Part shown: positions 1 through 8,401 of the stretch, in pieces
How positions within the stretch are numbered: the first letter of the stretch is position 1
How the letters are laid out: every line of letters starts with the position of its first letter
From: Polyangia bacterium
Lineage (GTDB): Bacteria > Myxococcota_A > Polyangia > Fen-1088
Direction: 5' to 3'
Assembly (NCBI GenBank): GCA_035549075.1
Contig: DASZRT010000069.1
Coordinates: forward strand, 678 to 64,677
Length of the DNA stretch: 64,000 nucleotides
Notes under the pieces: generated by a model
Told to the model about the DNA's origin: nothing
Seen by the model: the letters and a program-made list of their open reading frames with translations, nothing else
The model's database searches: none
Position numbers and translations under genes: made by a program

Positions 1-264
1 GGGCGCGCCCAACGCCGTGCGCAGATCGACGGCCGACTGCCGCACCCACACGTCGGGCGGCTCGCGATCCGCGGTCTCGACGGTGAGCGCGTCGTCGCTC
101 GCGCGCATGTCCCACGAGCCGCCGCCTTCACCCGAGATGGTCGCGCGCACGACGGGACCCTCGAGCGGCCCGCGCCGGCCCGACTTCGCGAACGCCTCGG
201 GCAGCCAGCGCTCGAAGAAATCGGCGACGCCGATGTCGGGGGGCGGACGATCCCAGCTCTGCAT
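1..264 (-). CDS. partial hypothetical protein (N-terminal 88 codons; gene runs off window start)
   Basis: Reverse complement from CAT at 262-264 reads MQSWDRPPPDIGVADFFERWLPEAFAKSGRRGPLEGPVVRATISGEGGGSWDMRASDDALTVETADREPPDVWVRQSAVDLRTALGAP with no stop. GC3 is strongly biased. It is divergent from sppA. No function recognised. Confidence 0.4.
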   Translation of the reverse strand, partial: MQSWDRPPPDIGVADFFERWLPEAFAKSGRRGPLEGPVVRATISGEGGGSWDMRASDDALTVETADREPPDVWVRQSAVDLRTALGAP

Positions 265-290
265 CCCGGCGACTATACTGCGGCCCCATC

Positions 291-2849
291 ATGCTGCGCG
301 CGCTCGCCCCCAAAGCGTCGATGATCCTGTTGGTGATGACGGTCGCCGCGCCGGCGCGGGCGCAGGTGCCCGATCCCGAGGCGCGGCCCACGCGCGGCGT
401 GCACGTCGCGGGCGCCGCGCGCGCGGGCGACGCCGACGCGACGTCGATCGCGACGAACCCCGCGCAGCTCGGCCTGCTGCCGGCGGGCGGCCTGTCGCTC
501 GCCGAAAACTATGGCGATCATCAGGCGGCGCTCGCGGGGCAGGGGACGGCGCTGTTCGCGGCGGCGCCGGCGCTGCACGGCGGGCTCGGGATGTCGCTCG
601 GGTACGCGAGGTCGTCGCCGCGCCTCGGCGTCGACGGCCACGGCACATTCCAGCTCGCGTATGCCCTGCGCTTCGGGAGCGCGACGGCGCTCGGCGCGTC
701 GTGGACGCACGTGTGGGGCGGTCACTGGGCGGGCACCGACACGTTCGACCTCGGCGCCTCGCACCGCTTCGGCCGCTGGGTCGCGCTCGGCCTCGTCGTC
801 GAGGACGTGGGCGCGCCGTCGCTCGCGCGCTCGGCGTCGTTCGTGGGCGCTTCGCTTCCGCGCCTGTGGGCGGGCGAGCTGGTCGTGCGGCCGCTCCGGA
901 CGGATCGCTTGGAGATCGCCGTCGGCGCCGCGCACGCCGAGGGCGATCAGTGGCGATGGATCGTGCCGCGCGCGCGCGTCGCGGGGCGCGTCGCGCGCGG
1001 CCTGCGCATCTTCGCCGACGGCGAGACGTTGCCGCGCGGCGGGCAGCTCGCCTTCGCGAGCGGGGCCGACTACCAGGCGGAGCTCGGGCTCGCGCTCGAC
1101 TTCGATCACTTCGGCGTCACGGCGTCGGGCCGCGGCGCGTTCCCGGGCGCGGGCGGGGGCGACGCGAGCGGCGACGGCGGCCTCGTGCTGCGCTTCGAGG
1201 GCCTGCGCCGCGAGCCGCTCGCGACGGGCGGCGGCGTCGTCACGCGCGTCAAGCTCGACGGCGCCGGCGACGAGCGAGCGTACGTCGCGCTCGTGCGCCG
1301 CCTGCGCGCGCTCGCGCTCGACCCGGGCGTCGCCGCCGTGCTCCTGCACGTCGAGAGCGACGGCATCGGCCTCGGCCGCATCGAGGAGCTGCGCGAGCTC
1401 GTCGCGTCGCTGCGCGCGCACGGCAAGAAGGTCTACGCCTACGCCGAGTACCCGTCGACGCGCGACTACTACCTCGCGACGGCGTGCGACGGCATCCTCA
1501 TGCACCCCGCGGGCGGCCTCTCGCTCACGGGCTTCGCGCAGACGGTGACGTTCTACAAGCGCGCCATGGACACGCTCGGCGTGCACGTCGATCTCGTGCG
1601 CATCGCCGAGTACAAGGGCGCGATGGAGCCCTTCGTGTTCGAGGGGCCGACGGCGCCCGTGAGCGCAAACCGCAACGACCTGCTCGACGACGTGTGGAAG
1701 CGCCTCGTCGCGACGATCGCGCGCACGCGCGGCGGCGACGAGATGAAGGCGCGCGCCCTCGTCGATCGCGGCTTGTTCACGCCCGAGGAGGCGCGCGACG
1801 CCGGGCTCATCGACGCGGTCGCCGACGCCGACGGCGTCGAGGCGTTTCTCGGCCGCGCGCTCGGGCGCGCGCACGTCACGATCCGCGATCCCGACGGCGC
1901 GCCGCTCTCCGAGCCGTGGCCTTCTCGCCGCGTCGCCGTCATCCTCGCCGAGGGCACGATCGTCGACGGCGAGAGCCGCCACATGCCGTTCGGCCTCGGC
2001 ACGATGGCCGGCTCCGACACGTTGGTCGCGGCGCTCGACGCCTGCGCCAAGGACGCGTCGGTGGGCGCCGTCGTCCTGCGCGTCAACAGCCCCGGCGGCT
2101 CGGCCTTCGCGTCCGACGTCATCGCGCGCGCCATCATCAAGGTGCGCCAGGCGGGCAAGCCCGTCGTCGTCTCGATGGGCGATCTCGCGGCGTCGGGCGG
2201 CTACTACATCGCGGCGCCCGGCGACGCCATCCTCGCCGAGCCGTCGACGGTGAGCGGCTCGATCGGCATCTTCGCGTACAAGGTCGACGTGCAGAAGCTG
2301 CTCGGCACGCTGGGCGTCGGCACCGAGACCTACCGCCGCGGCGCGCACGCCGACTACTTGTCGCCCTACCGCCCGTGGACGCCCGAGGAGCTGCAGATCT
2401 CCTTCGACAAGATCCGCCACCTGTACGACCTGTTCCTGTCGACCGTCGTCGAGGGCCGCAAGTCGCGCGGCCTCACGCGCGCGCGCGTCGACGAGATCGG
2501 CCGCGGCCACGTCTGGACGGGCGCCGAAGCGCAGTCGCTCGGTCTCGTCGATCGCATGGGCGGCTTGTCCGACGCGATCGATCTGGCGGCGTCGCTCGGC
2601 CGCGTGCCGGTGAACCGGGACGGCTTCCCGACGCTGGCCGTGCTGCCGCGCGAGAAGGGCGGCCTCGCCGAGCTGCTCGGCGCGCTCTCCGTCGAGGCGA
2701 AGACGGACGATCGGTCAGCGTTCGAGGAGCTCATGCGCGCGCGTATCGAAGCGCTCGGCGGCCCCGCGCTCCGGCTCCTCGCCCCCCTGCTCCTCGGCAA
2801 AGGCGAGGGGGTCGAAGCCCGCCTGCCCTACGATCTCGAGCTGCGCTGA
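291..2849 (+). CDS. sppA: signal peptide peptidase SppA (protease IV, S49 family, 67K type) with N-terminal ~300 aa Gly/Ala-rich beta-like extension
   Basis: Two S49 modules are present. The catalytic one carries VVLRVNSPGG...KPVVVSMGDLAASGGYYIAAPGDAILAEPSTVSGSIGIF, with the Ser in GDLAASGG and the Lys in the first module. A signal peptide MILLVMTVAAPARAQ sits near the N-terminus, so an alternative start at 321 is possible. Confidence 0.8.
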   Translation: MLRALAPKASMILLVMTVAAPARAQVPDPEARPTRGVHVAGAARAGDADATSIATNPAQLGLLPAGGLSLAENYGDHQAALAGQGTALFAAAPALHGGLGMSLGYARSSPRLGVDGHGTFQLAYALRFGSATALGASWTHVWGGHWAGTDTFDLGASHRFGRWVALGLVVEDVGAPSLARSASFVGASLPRLWAGELVVRPLRTDRLEIAVGAAHAEGDQWRWIVPRARVAGRVARGLRIFADGETLPRGGQLAFASGADYQAELGLALDFDHFGVTASGRGAFPGAGGGDASGDGGLVLRFEGLRREPLATGGGVVTRVKLDGAGDERAYVALVRRLRALALDPGVAAVLLHVESDGIGLGRIEELRELVASLRAHGKKVYAYAEYPSTRDYYLATACDGILMHPAGGLSLTGFAQTVTFYKRAMDTLGVHVDLVRIAEYKGAMEPFVFEGPTAPVSANRNDLLDDVWKRLVATIARTRGGDEMKARALVDRGLFTPEEARDAGLIDAVADADGVEAFLGRALGRAHVTIRDPDGAPLSEPWPSRRVAVILAEGTIVDGESRHMPFGLGTMAGSDTLVAALDACAKDASVGAVVLRVNSPGGSAFASDVIARAIIKVRQAGKPVVVSMGDLAASGGYYIAAPGDAILAEPSTVSGSIGIFAYKVDVQKLLGTLGVGTETYRRGAHADYLSPYRPWTPEELQISFDKIRHLYDLFLSTVVEGRKSRGLTRARVDEIGRGHVWTGAEAQSLGLVDRMGGLSDAIDLAASLGRVPVNRDGFPTLAVLPREKGGLAELLGALSVEAKTDDRSAFEELMRARIEALGGPALRLLAPLLLGKGEGVEARLPYDLELR

Positions 2850-2949
2850 GCCACTCCCACCGCCCCCCTCGAGCGAGCGAAGCGAAGCGGCTTCAGCGAC
2901 GAGAGGCGCGGCTTCGCCGCGCCGGCCCCAACCCCAAAAGGGGGGTCCC

Positions 2950-2974
2950 GTAGGGGGGACGAAGTCCCCCCTAC
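2950..2974. repeat. GC hairpin (GTAGGGGGGAC-gaa-GTCCCCCCTAC) between convergent sppA and metalloprotease genes; shares G5AC/GTC5 stem with hairpin at 10226-10243
   Basis: Perfect 11-bp inverted repeat 5 nt after the metalloprotease stop, flanked by CCCCAAAAGGGG. Likely a bidirectional terminator or REP-like element. Confidence 0.5.
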
Positions 2975-2978
2975 GCTC

Positions 2979-5900
2979 TTAGTAGCCGAACGCCGTGCGG
3001 AACGTGCGCAGATCGTCGAGGAGGTCGACGCGGTACGAGACCTGGTAGTCGACCGCCTGGAAGACGTTGAGGGCGTTCTGGTAGTTCTGCTGCAGCTTCG
3101 CCGTCATCGTGGCGTCCTTGTTGGCCGCGGCGGCCGCCTGCGCGGCGTCGACGTTGGCCTTGGCCGTCTGCCAGTCGGGCAGCGCCTGGCCGTTGAAGGT
3201 GCCTTCCTTCTCCGGCAGCGACCCCGGCGTTCCCGCGACGCCCGTGTAGGCGACGAGCTCCTTGATGATCTTCTCGCCGACGCCCTCCTGGTTCGCGTCG
3301 ACGACGGGCGCGCGGTAGATGACACCGCTCTGCGGGTGCTGGTACTCGACCGTCGGCACGCCGTAGTCGACGTCCTCCTTCGAGCCCTTGATCGTGACCG
3401 CGAGGTAGTTCGACAGGTCGAGCGTGCTGTCCCACGAGTTGTCCAGGTTCGCGAGCGCGAGGCCGAGCGCGTAGTACTGGATCGTCTTGTTGACGGGCGT
3501 GTCGACGCGCTTGGCGCCCGGCTGCATGTACGCCGGCAGCGTCGGCGCCGCCTTGCCCCACACGTTGAGGTCGACGACGGGCGTCGGCGCGTAGGTGTCA
3601 GAGCTCGTGACCTGGCCGCCGTACGTCGAAGAATCCATGCGGATGACGCCCGACAGGAGGTTGATCATCTCGGGCTTGAACGCGCTGTAGTAGTTGATGG
3701 CGTACTTGGTCGAGTCGGCGAACGTGTCGACGCGGTAGAAGCGCGCCTGCGTCGTCGTGAGGGCGATGAGCGCCCCGAGCTTCTCGTACAGCGAGCCCGC
3801 GCGCGTGATGCGGTAGTAGTAGTCCTCGGAGAAGTTGATGTAGTACGGCTTGCCGTCAGGCACGTCGATGTTCATCGACGGCTGGCCCGAGACGCACGTG
3901 TTCTCGCCCGTGCCGCTCGGATCGGGCAGCACGTAGAGGTTCGGCTGCGCCTTCGTCGGGCAGTGCTCGCCGGGCTCGGGCGTCTGCAGGATCTCGCCGA
4001 TGGCGTTGAGCGAGTCGATCGACGCCTTGAGCAGGTCGTTCGGCAGGTCGAGGCTCGGGTCGAGCGCGCCGTAGTAGTAGTAGAACTGGTACGCCTCGGT
4101 GAAGCGCGCGAAGTAGCGATCGAGCAGCCGGTTGAGGTAGCCGTCGATCGTCCAGTTGGTGCGGCCGCGCTTGAAGGCATTGAAGACGAAGTAGTTCTTG
4201 TAGCGGTCGATCGTGTCGTCGACGATCTCGGTCTGGTTGGCGCCGAAGTCCCACACCTTGCAGTCGAGGTTGCCGACGTACTCGTCCGAGCAGAACTTGT
4301 ACGGGCGCTCGGGCGACAGCGGGAAGCCGCCCTTGGCGTTCTTCTTCATCGCGTAGAAGCTCGACGCCGCGTCGCGGACGTTCTGGTAGCGCGTGATGCC
4401 GCCGTCCTTGAGGTTGGCGGTGCCGCCCACGGCGTCCGGCAGCTTCTTGTAGTCCATGAGCTGGATGAAGTTCGCCAGGTCGGTGCCCGTCGCGCCCTGC
4501 GATGCGGCGCCCGACGACATGACGTCGACGAGGCCGCCGTAGCCGAAGCGAATCGCCGCCAGGTCGTACTTGCCGAGGCCGTTGATGTCGCTGTTGAAGC
4601 GCGAGCCGTAGTCCATGACGGTCGAGTACTGGTACTCCTGCATCTTGCCGTCGCTGCGGGACTGGACGTCGCTGGCCTTCGTGTCGTCCGGGTACATGTC
4701 GCGCAGCGCCCAGAACTGGTCGTTGTAGTTGAGCGCGTCGCTCGAGCCCGCGAAGTTGTGGCGCAGGCCCATCGTGTGGCCCATCTCGTGGTCGGTGAGG
4801 CCGCGGAAGATGCGCTTGCGCAGCTCCTTGAACATCGCGTCGCCCGTGAGGCCCTTCTTCATGAGCTCGAGCGCGAGGCCCTGGATCGCGTCGTCGGCGA
4901 ACTCGCCGAGGAACACGCAGCCGTTCGTCGACAGCTGCTGGAAGCGCTGCGAGCGCGCGTCACGCGCGTCTTGCGTGAGCCAGGTCGCCGGCGACGCCGT
5001 CGCGAGCTGGTCGGGCGTCAGCGTGTCGCCCGGCTTCGACGCGGGCAGCATCGCCGCGAGGATGTCCTGGGTCATCATCTTCTGCTCGACGTCGGTGCCC
5101 TTGATCTTCGCCATGCGCGACTGCGTCGTGCCGCCGGGGATCGGGATGAGGCGCGGCGTGCCTTGCGCCGTCGTCCCGCCCTTCGTGACGAGTGCGCGCG
5201 CCTTGGCCGACGCCTCGGGCGTGAGCTTGAGCGCCGACGTCGTCGTGCGCTGCGCGGCCGTCTCCTTGAGGACGTCGTTGATGGTCTTGCCCGAGAGCAG
5301 GTCGTCGGTGGAGATCGAGCCGTTGAGCAGGCCGATCGAGTCGACGGCGAACTGCGCGTAGGTGTCGAGCGCCGCGCCGTAGAGGTAGATCGACGCCGAG
5401 ACGATCTCGCCCGTCTGCGGATCGGCCGACGACGGGCCATAGCCCAGCGGGCCCGACGGCGCGTAGCGATCGACCCAGTGGACGAACGAGTAGCGCAGGT
5501 CGCCGTTGCGCTGCCACGTGAACTTGCCGGCGTCGCCGTCGGCGAGCGAGGCCGTCGCGGCCTCCATGACGCCGCAGGCGTGCTCGAGGTTGGCCTTGTC
5601 GATCTTGTCGCCCGCGAGGCCCGTCGCCTTCTGCACGAGCGCCTCGACGTCGGCGTGCGCCGCGAGGAACGCGTGCACGTCGGTCAGGTTGCACGAGTTG
5701 CGCTTGAGGATGACCATCTGCAGCGGCTTGGTCTTGTCGTTCGGATCGGTGAGCCCCGCCGCCTTGTTGTCGAGGTCGGTCGGCGAGACCGTGCCCGTCT
5801 TGTTGCCCTCGGTGAGCAGCATGCCGGCGATCGTCTTGTTCATCGCCGAGCTCCAGTCCTTCGCGACCTCCTGGGCCTCGTTCCAGATCGTGAGGTCCGG

Positions 5901-7109
5901 ATCGGTGTCGACGTCGGGGAACTCGACGTTCGTGTAGTAGACGATGGGCTTCGGCACCTTGTCGTTGAGCGGGATCGTGCGGAGGTTGCCGTTCGCGTCC
6001 CACACCGACTTGCCCGACGAGTCGACGTCGGCCCAGATGTTCCAGCGGTTCGCGAAGTACTCGCGGCCGGCCTCGGTCGCGCCGTACTTGCGGTCGTAGG
6101 TCTGGATGACCGTGCGGAAGAAGCCGAACTTGCTGAACGCGCCCACCTGAGCCGGCGAGCAGTCGTCGCCGCTGTACGTGCCGCCCGACGCCGCGAGCTG
6201 GTCGGCCGTGCAGCCCTGGCCCGTCGGCAGGACCTCGACGGGGTTACCCGTCGAGTCATTGATCGTGTAGTTGTCCGGGTAGTCGAGCGGCTCGTAGCTC
6301 GAGGGCTTCACTTCCATGAACGAGTTGCGGATCGCGAGCTCGGCGTCACCGCAGTCCCACGGGCCGCCGTCGTCGACGCCCGGGTACAGGTTCGAGCAGG
6401 CGACGTAGTCGGGCGTCGCCGTGACCTTCTGGACGAAGTCGATGTAGTGCTGCGAGATGATGGGGCGGTTGCCGTACTCGGGGTTCGCGTAGTCCGTCTC
6501 GCTGACCGTCCAGGTGTGGGGGACCTGCTTGACGGCGAAGAAGTCCATCGGGTCCTGCCCAGCGGTTTGCAGGTCGGGGGGCGCGGCGAAGTTCGTCGAC
6601 CAGTCGACGCGCATGTACTGCCGCTGATCCCAGGGGCGGTCCGTCGTGTTCTCGCTGATGACGTTGGTCTGCTCGCCCGTCGCCGGGTTGTACTCGCGCT
6701 TGACGTCGAAGTGCGACTTGATCGAGTACGAGACGACCGGCGTGTCGGTGTTGTTGGCCGTCGACGTGAAGTCGTTCTCCGAGCCCGGGGCGTAGTCGTT
6801 GGCGCGGTAGCCGACGAGGTAGTCCTGCGTGATCTGGAACCGGACCTTCATCATCGTGTTCTGCGTGCCCTCGAACGCCCAGTTGCTCGTGGGCGGCACG
6901 CCGATGTACGTCTGCCGGTAGTAGAAGACCTTCGCCGTGCCGTCGGCGTTGAAGAAGATCGACTTCTCGACCTTGTCGGGCTGCGTGCGGTCGATGTCGC
7001 CTTGGCCGGCGCAACCGGCGAGCGGAGCCACGGCGGCCGTCGCCAAAAGGGCGAGGGCGGAGGCGAGGGCGGGGTGAAGGGTGCGCTTCGCGCTGGAGCT
7101 GGTCATCAC
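2979..7109 (-). CDS. large secreted zinc metalloprotease lipoprotein (HEXXH met-zincin; DUF4953-like zinc-dependent metalloprotease)
   Basis: Lipoprotein signal ...AVAPLAGCAGQ. Zinc-binding motif HEMGHTMGLRHNFAGS. 1376 aa with coding-type codon bias throughout. Lies directly downstream of the OMP gene. Confidence 0.8.
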   Translation of the reverse strand: MMTSSSAKRTLHPALASALALLATAAVAPLAGCAGQGDIDRTQPDKVEKSIFFNADGTAKVFYYRQTYIGVPPTSNWAFEGTQNTMMKVRFQITQDYLVGYRANDYAPGSENDFTSTANNTDTPVVSYSIKSHFDVKREYNPATGEQTNVISENTTDRPWDQRQYMRVDWSTNFAAPPDLQTAGQDPMDFFAVKQVPHTWTVSETDYANPEYGNRPIISQHYIDFVQKVTATPDYVACSNLYPGVDDGGPWDCGDAELAIRNSFMEVKPSSYEPLDYPDNYTINDSTGNPVEVLPTGQGCTADQLAASGGTYSGDDCSPAQVGAFSKFGFFRTVIQTYDRKYGATEAGREYFANRWNIWADVDSSGKSVWDANGNLRTIPLNDKVPKPIVYYTNVEFPDVDTDPDLTIWNEAQEVAKDWSSAMNKTIAGMLLTEGNKTGTVSPTDLDNKAAGLTDPNDKTKPLQMVILKRNSCNLTDVHAFLAAHADVEALVQKATGLAGDKIDKANLEHACGVMEAATASLADGDAGKFTWQRNGDLRYSFVHWVDRYAPSGPLGYGPSSADPQTGEIVSASIYLYGAALDTYAQFAVDSIGLLNGSISTDDLLSGKTINDVLKETAAQRTTTSALKLTPEASAKARALVTKGGTTAQGTPRLIPIPGGTTQSRMAKIKGTDVEQKMMTQDILAAMLPASKPGDTLTPDQLATASPATWLTQDARDARSQRFQQLSTNGCVFLGEFADDAIQGLALELMKKGLTGDAMFKELRKRIFRGLTDHEMGHTMGLRHNFAGSSDALNYNDQFWALRDMYPDDTKASDVQSRSDGKMQEYQYSTVMDYGSRFNSDINGLGKYDLAAIRFGYGGLVDVMSSGAASQGATGTDLANFIQLMDYKKLPDAVGGTANLKDGGITRYQNVRDAASSFYAMKKNAKGGFPLSPERPYKFCSDEYVGNLDCKVWDFGANQTEIVDDTIDRYKNYFVFNAFKRGRTNWTIDGYLNRLLDRYFARFTEAYQFYYYYGALDPSLDLPNDLLKASIDSLNAIGEILQTPEPGEHCPTKAQPNLYVLPDPSGTGENTCVSGQPSMNIDVPDGKPYYINFSEDYYYRITRAGSLYEKLGALIALTTTQARFYRVDTFADSTKYAINYYSAFKPEMINLLSGVIRMDSSTYGGQVTSSDTYAPTPVVDLNVWGKAAPTLPAYMQPGAKRVDTPVNKTIQYYALGLALANLDNSWDSTLDLSNYLAVTIKGSKEDVDYGVPTVEYQHPQSGVIYRAPVVDANQEGVGEKIIKELVAYTGVAGTPGSLPEKEGTFNGQALPDWQTAKANVDAAQAAAAANKDATMTAKLQQNYQNALNVFQAVDYQVSYRVDLLDDLRTFRTAFGY

Positions 7110-7118
7110 GGGTGCCTC

Positions 7119-8246
7119 CTACAAGGTGCCGGTCACGCCCACGAACGCCTGAGTGAAGTTGTTGGCGTTCGGGCCAGAGAAATCGAAGAACGGGTTGCGC
7201 AGGTGCTGGTAACGGGAGTCGAGCGCCGGCTGGAAGCTCGCGATACCGAGCGAGAAGCCGACGTGATCGGTGAGGTCGTAGCCAAACGAGATGATTCCCC
7301 AGGTCAAGTCGCTGCGACCCATGGGGACGGTGAACGAGCTGTCGAGCGCGAGCGCGTTGTTGAAGACGCTGGGGTCGACCGAGTAGCGGAATTCGTTGAT
7401 GACGCTCATCGAGACCGAGACCGAGTAGCGGCCGCGCGCGAGCGCGACGTTTCCCGCGGTCGTGACGGCGTAGCTCGTGCTGAGCGGGCCGCCGCAGTGA
7501 TCGGTCTCCGACGGGCCCGCGGCGGCGGCGCCCTCGGGCGCGGCCGTGCGGCAGCCCGACGAATCACCCGGTGAGTTGCCGCGCAGCGGGCTCGTGCGGA
7601 AGAACTTCGTGAACGTCGAGCCGAGCGATGCCACCAGCTCCCACCGCTTGCCCTTCGCGTCGGGCGTTCCGAACTCCCACAGGCGCCGCGCCGAGAGGCC
7701 GACGCCGACGCCCGTGACGAGGTGCGAGTACTGGCTCTCCCACGACGTCGGGACGACGGCGCGGAACGTGCCGCCGAAGGTGATCTTCGCCCGCGGCATC
7801 GTGTAGAGGTTCTTCGCCTGCAGGAAGAGCCACGAGTCCGAAGGGTTGAAGTGCCGGCCCGTCGAGTTGTCGGGCTTCGTGTACTCCTCTTCGAGGTAGA
7901 GCCGCGCGTTGAGCGACAGCTTGAACTTCGTGCCGAGGTTGAACATCGGCCTCAAGAAGAGCGCGTTCGACACGTACGGGTCGTGATAGCCGCTCGAGTA
8001 GAAGGTGCCCGATCCCATGTAGGTCGAGAAGTCGGCGAACGATCCGGCGAACCGCTGGTAGAGCGCCGTCTTGGTCTGGTCCTGCTCGGGCGTCGCCGTG
8101 AGCGTGCCGCTCTGATCGCGAAACGCGACCTGCGCGTGGGCTGCGCCCGCCGTCCACATTCCGATGATCGCCGCCGCGAGCAGGCCCGCCGCGACGCGCG
8201 CAAACTGTTGCCTCCGTTCCGTCAAGCCGTTCCTCCGGAGTGGCAA
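7119..8246 (-). CDS. putative outer membrane beta-barrel protein
   Basis: N-terminal signal peptide (...AGAAHAQ). Amphipathic beta-strand-rich sequence with many aromatic-X alternations. 10 bp upstream of the metalloprotease gene on the same strand. Confidence 0.5.
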   Translation of the reverse strand: MPLRRNGLTERRQQFARVAAGLLAAAIIGMWTAGAAHAQVAFRDQSGTLTATPEQDQTKTALYQRFAGSFADFSTYMGSGTFYSSGYHDPYVSNALFLRPMFNLGTKFKLSLNARLYLEEEYTKPDNSTGRHFNPSDSWLFLQAKNLYTMPRAKITFGGTFRAVVPTSWESQYSHLVTGVGVGLSARRLWEFGTPDAKGKRWELVASLGSTFTKFFRTSPLRGNSPGDSSGCRTAAPEGAAAAGPSETDHCGGPLSTSYAVTTAGNVALARGRYSVSVSMSVINEFRYSVDPSVFNNALALDSSFTVPMGRSDLTWGIISFGYDLTDHVGFSLGIASFQPALDSRYQHLRNPFFDFSGPNANNFTQAFVGVTGTL

Positions 8247-8401
8247 AGGTGACGCAGTCTAACAGAGGCGCTGGAAGGTGCGTGCGCCGAGGGATGCGTT
8301 GGTGCACGTCAAAATGCGCCGGTGTAGGCGCTGGTGAGTGTGATCGGCCCCACCGCGACTCTTGCCGTCGTCGGCGATCAGTGCAACGTTCCTGCGCGGT
8401 C

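Noticed and set aside
17-2953. 978-aa Arg/Ala-rich ORF on the plus strand
   Set aside because: Alternate frame over sppA. The composition (poly-R/A/G) is what an off-frame reading of 72% GC coding DNA gives, and it has no motifs. The real gene is the 291-2849 frame with S49 signatures.
3336-7574. 1412-aa plus-strand ORF
   Set aside because: Antisense shadow of the metalloprotease gene. The sequence is low-complexity R/V/D/E-rich with no motifs.
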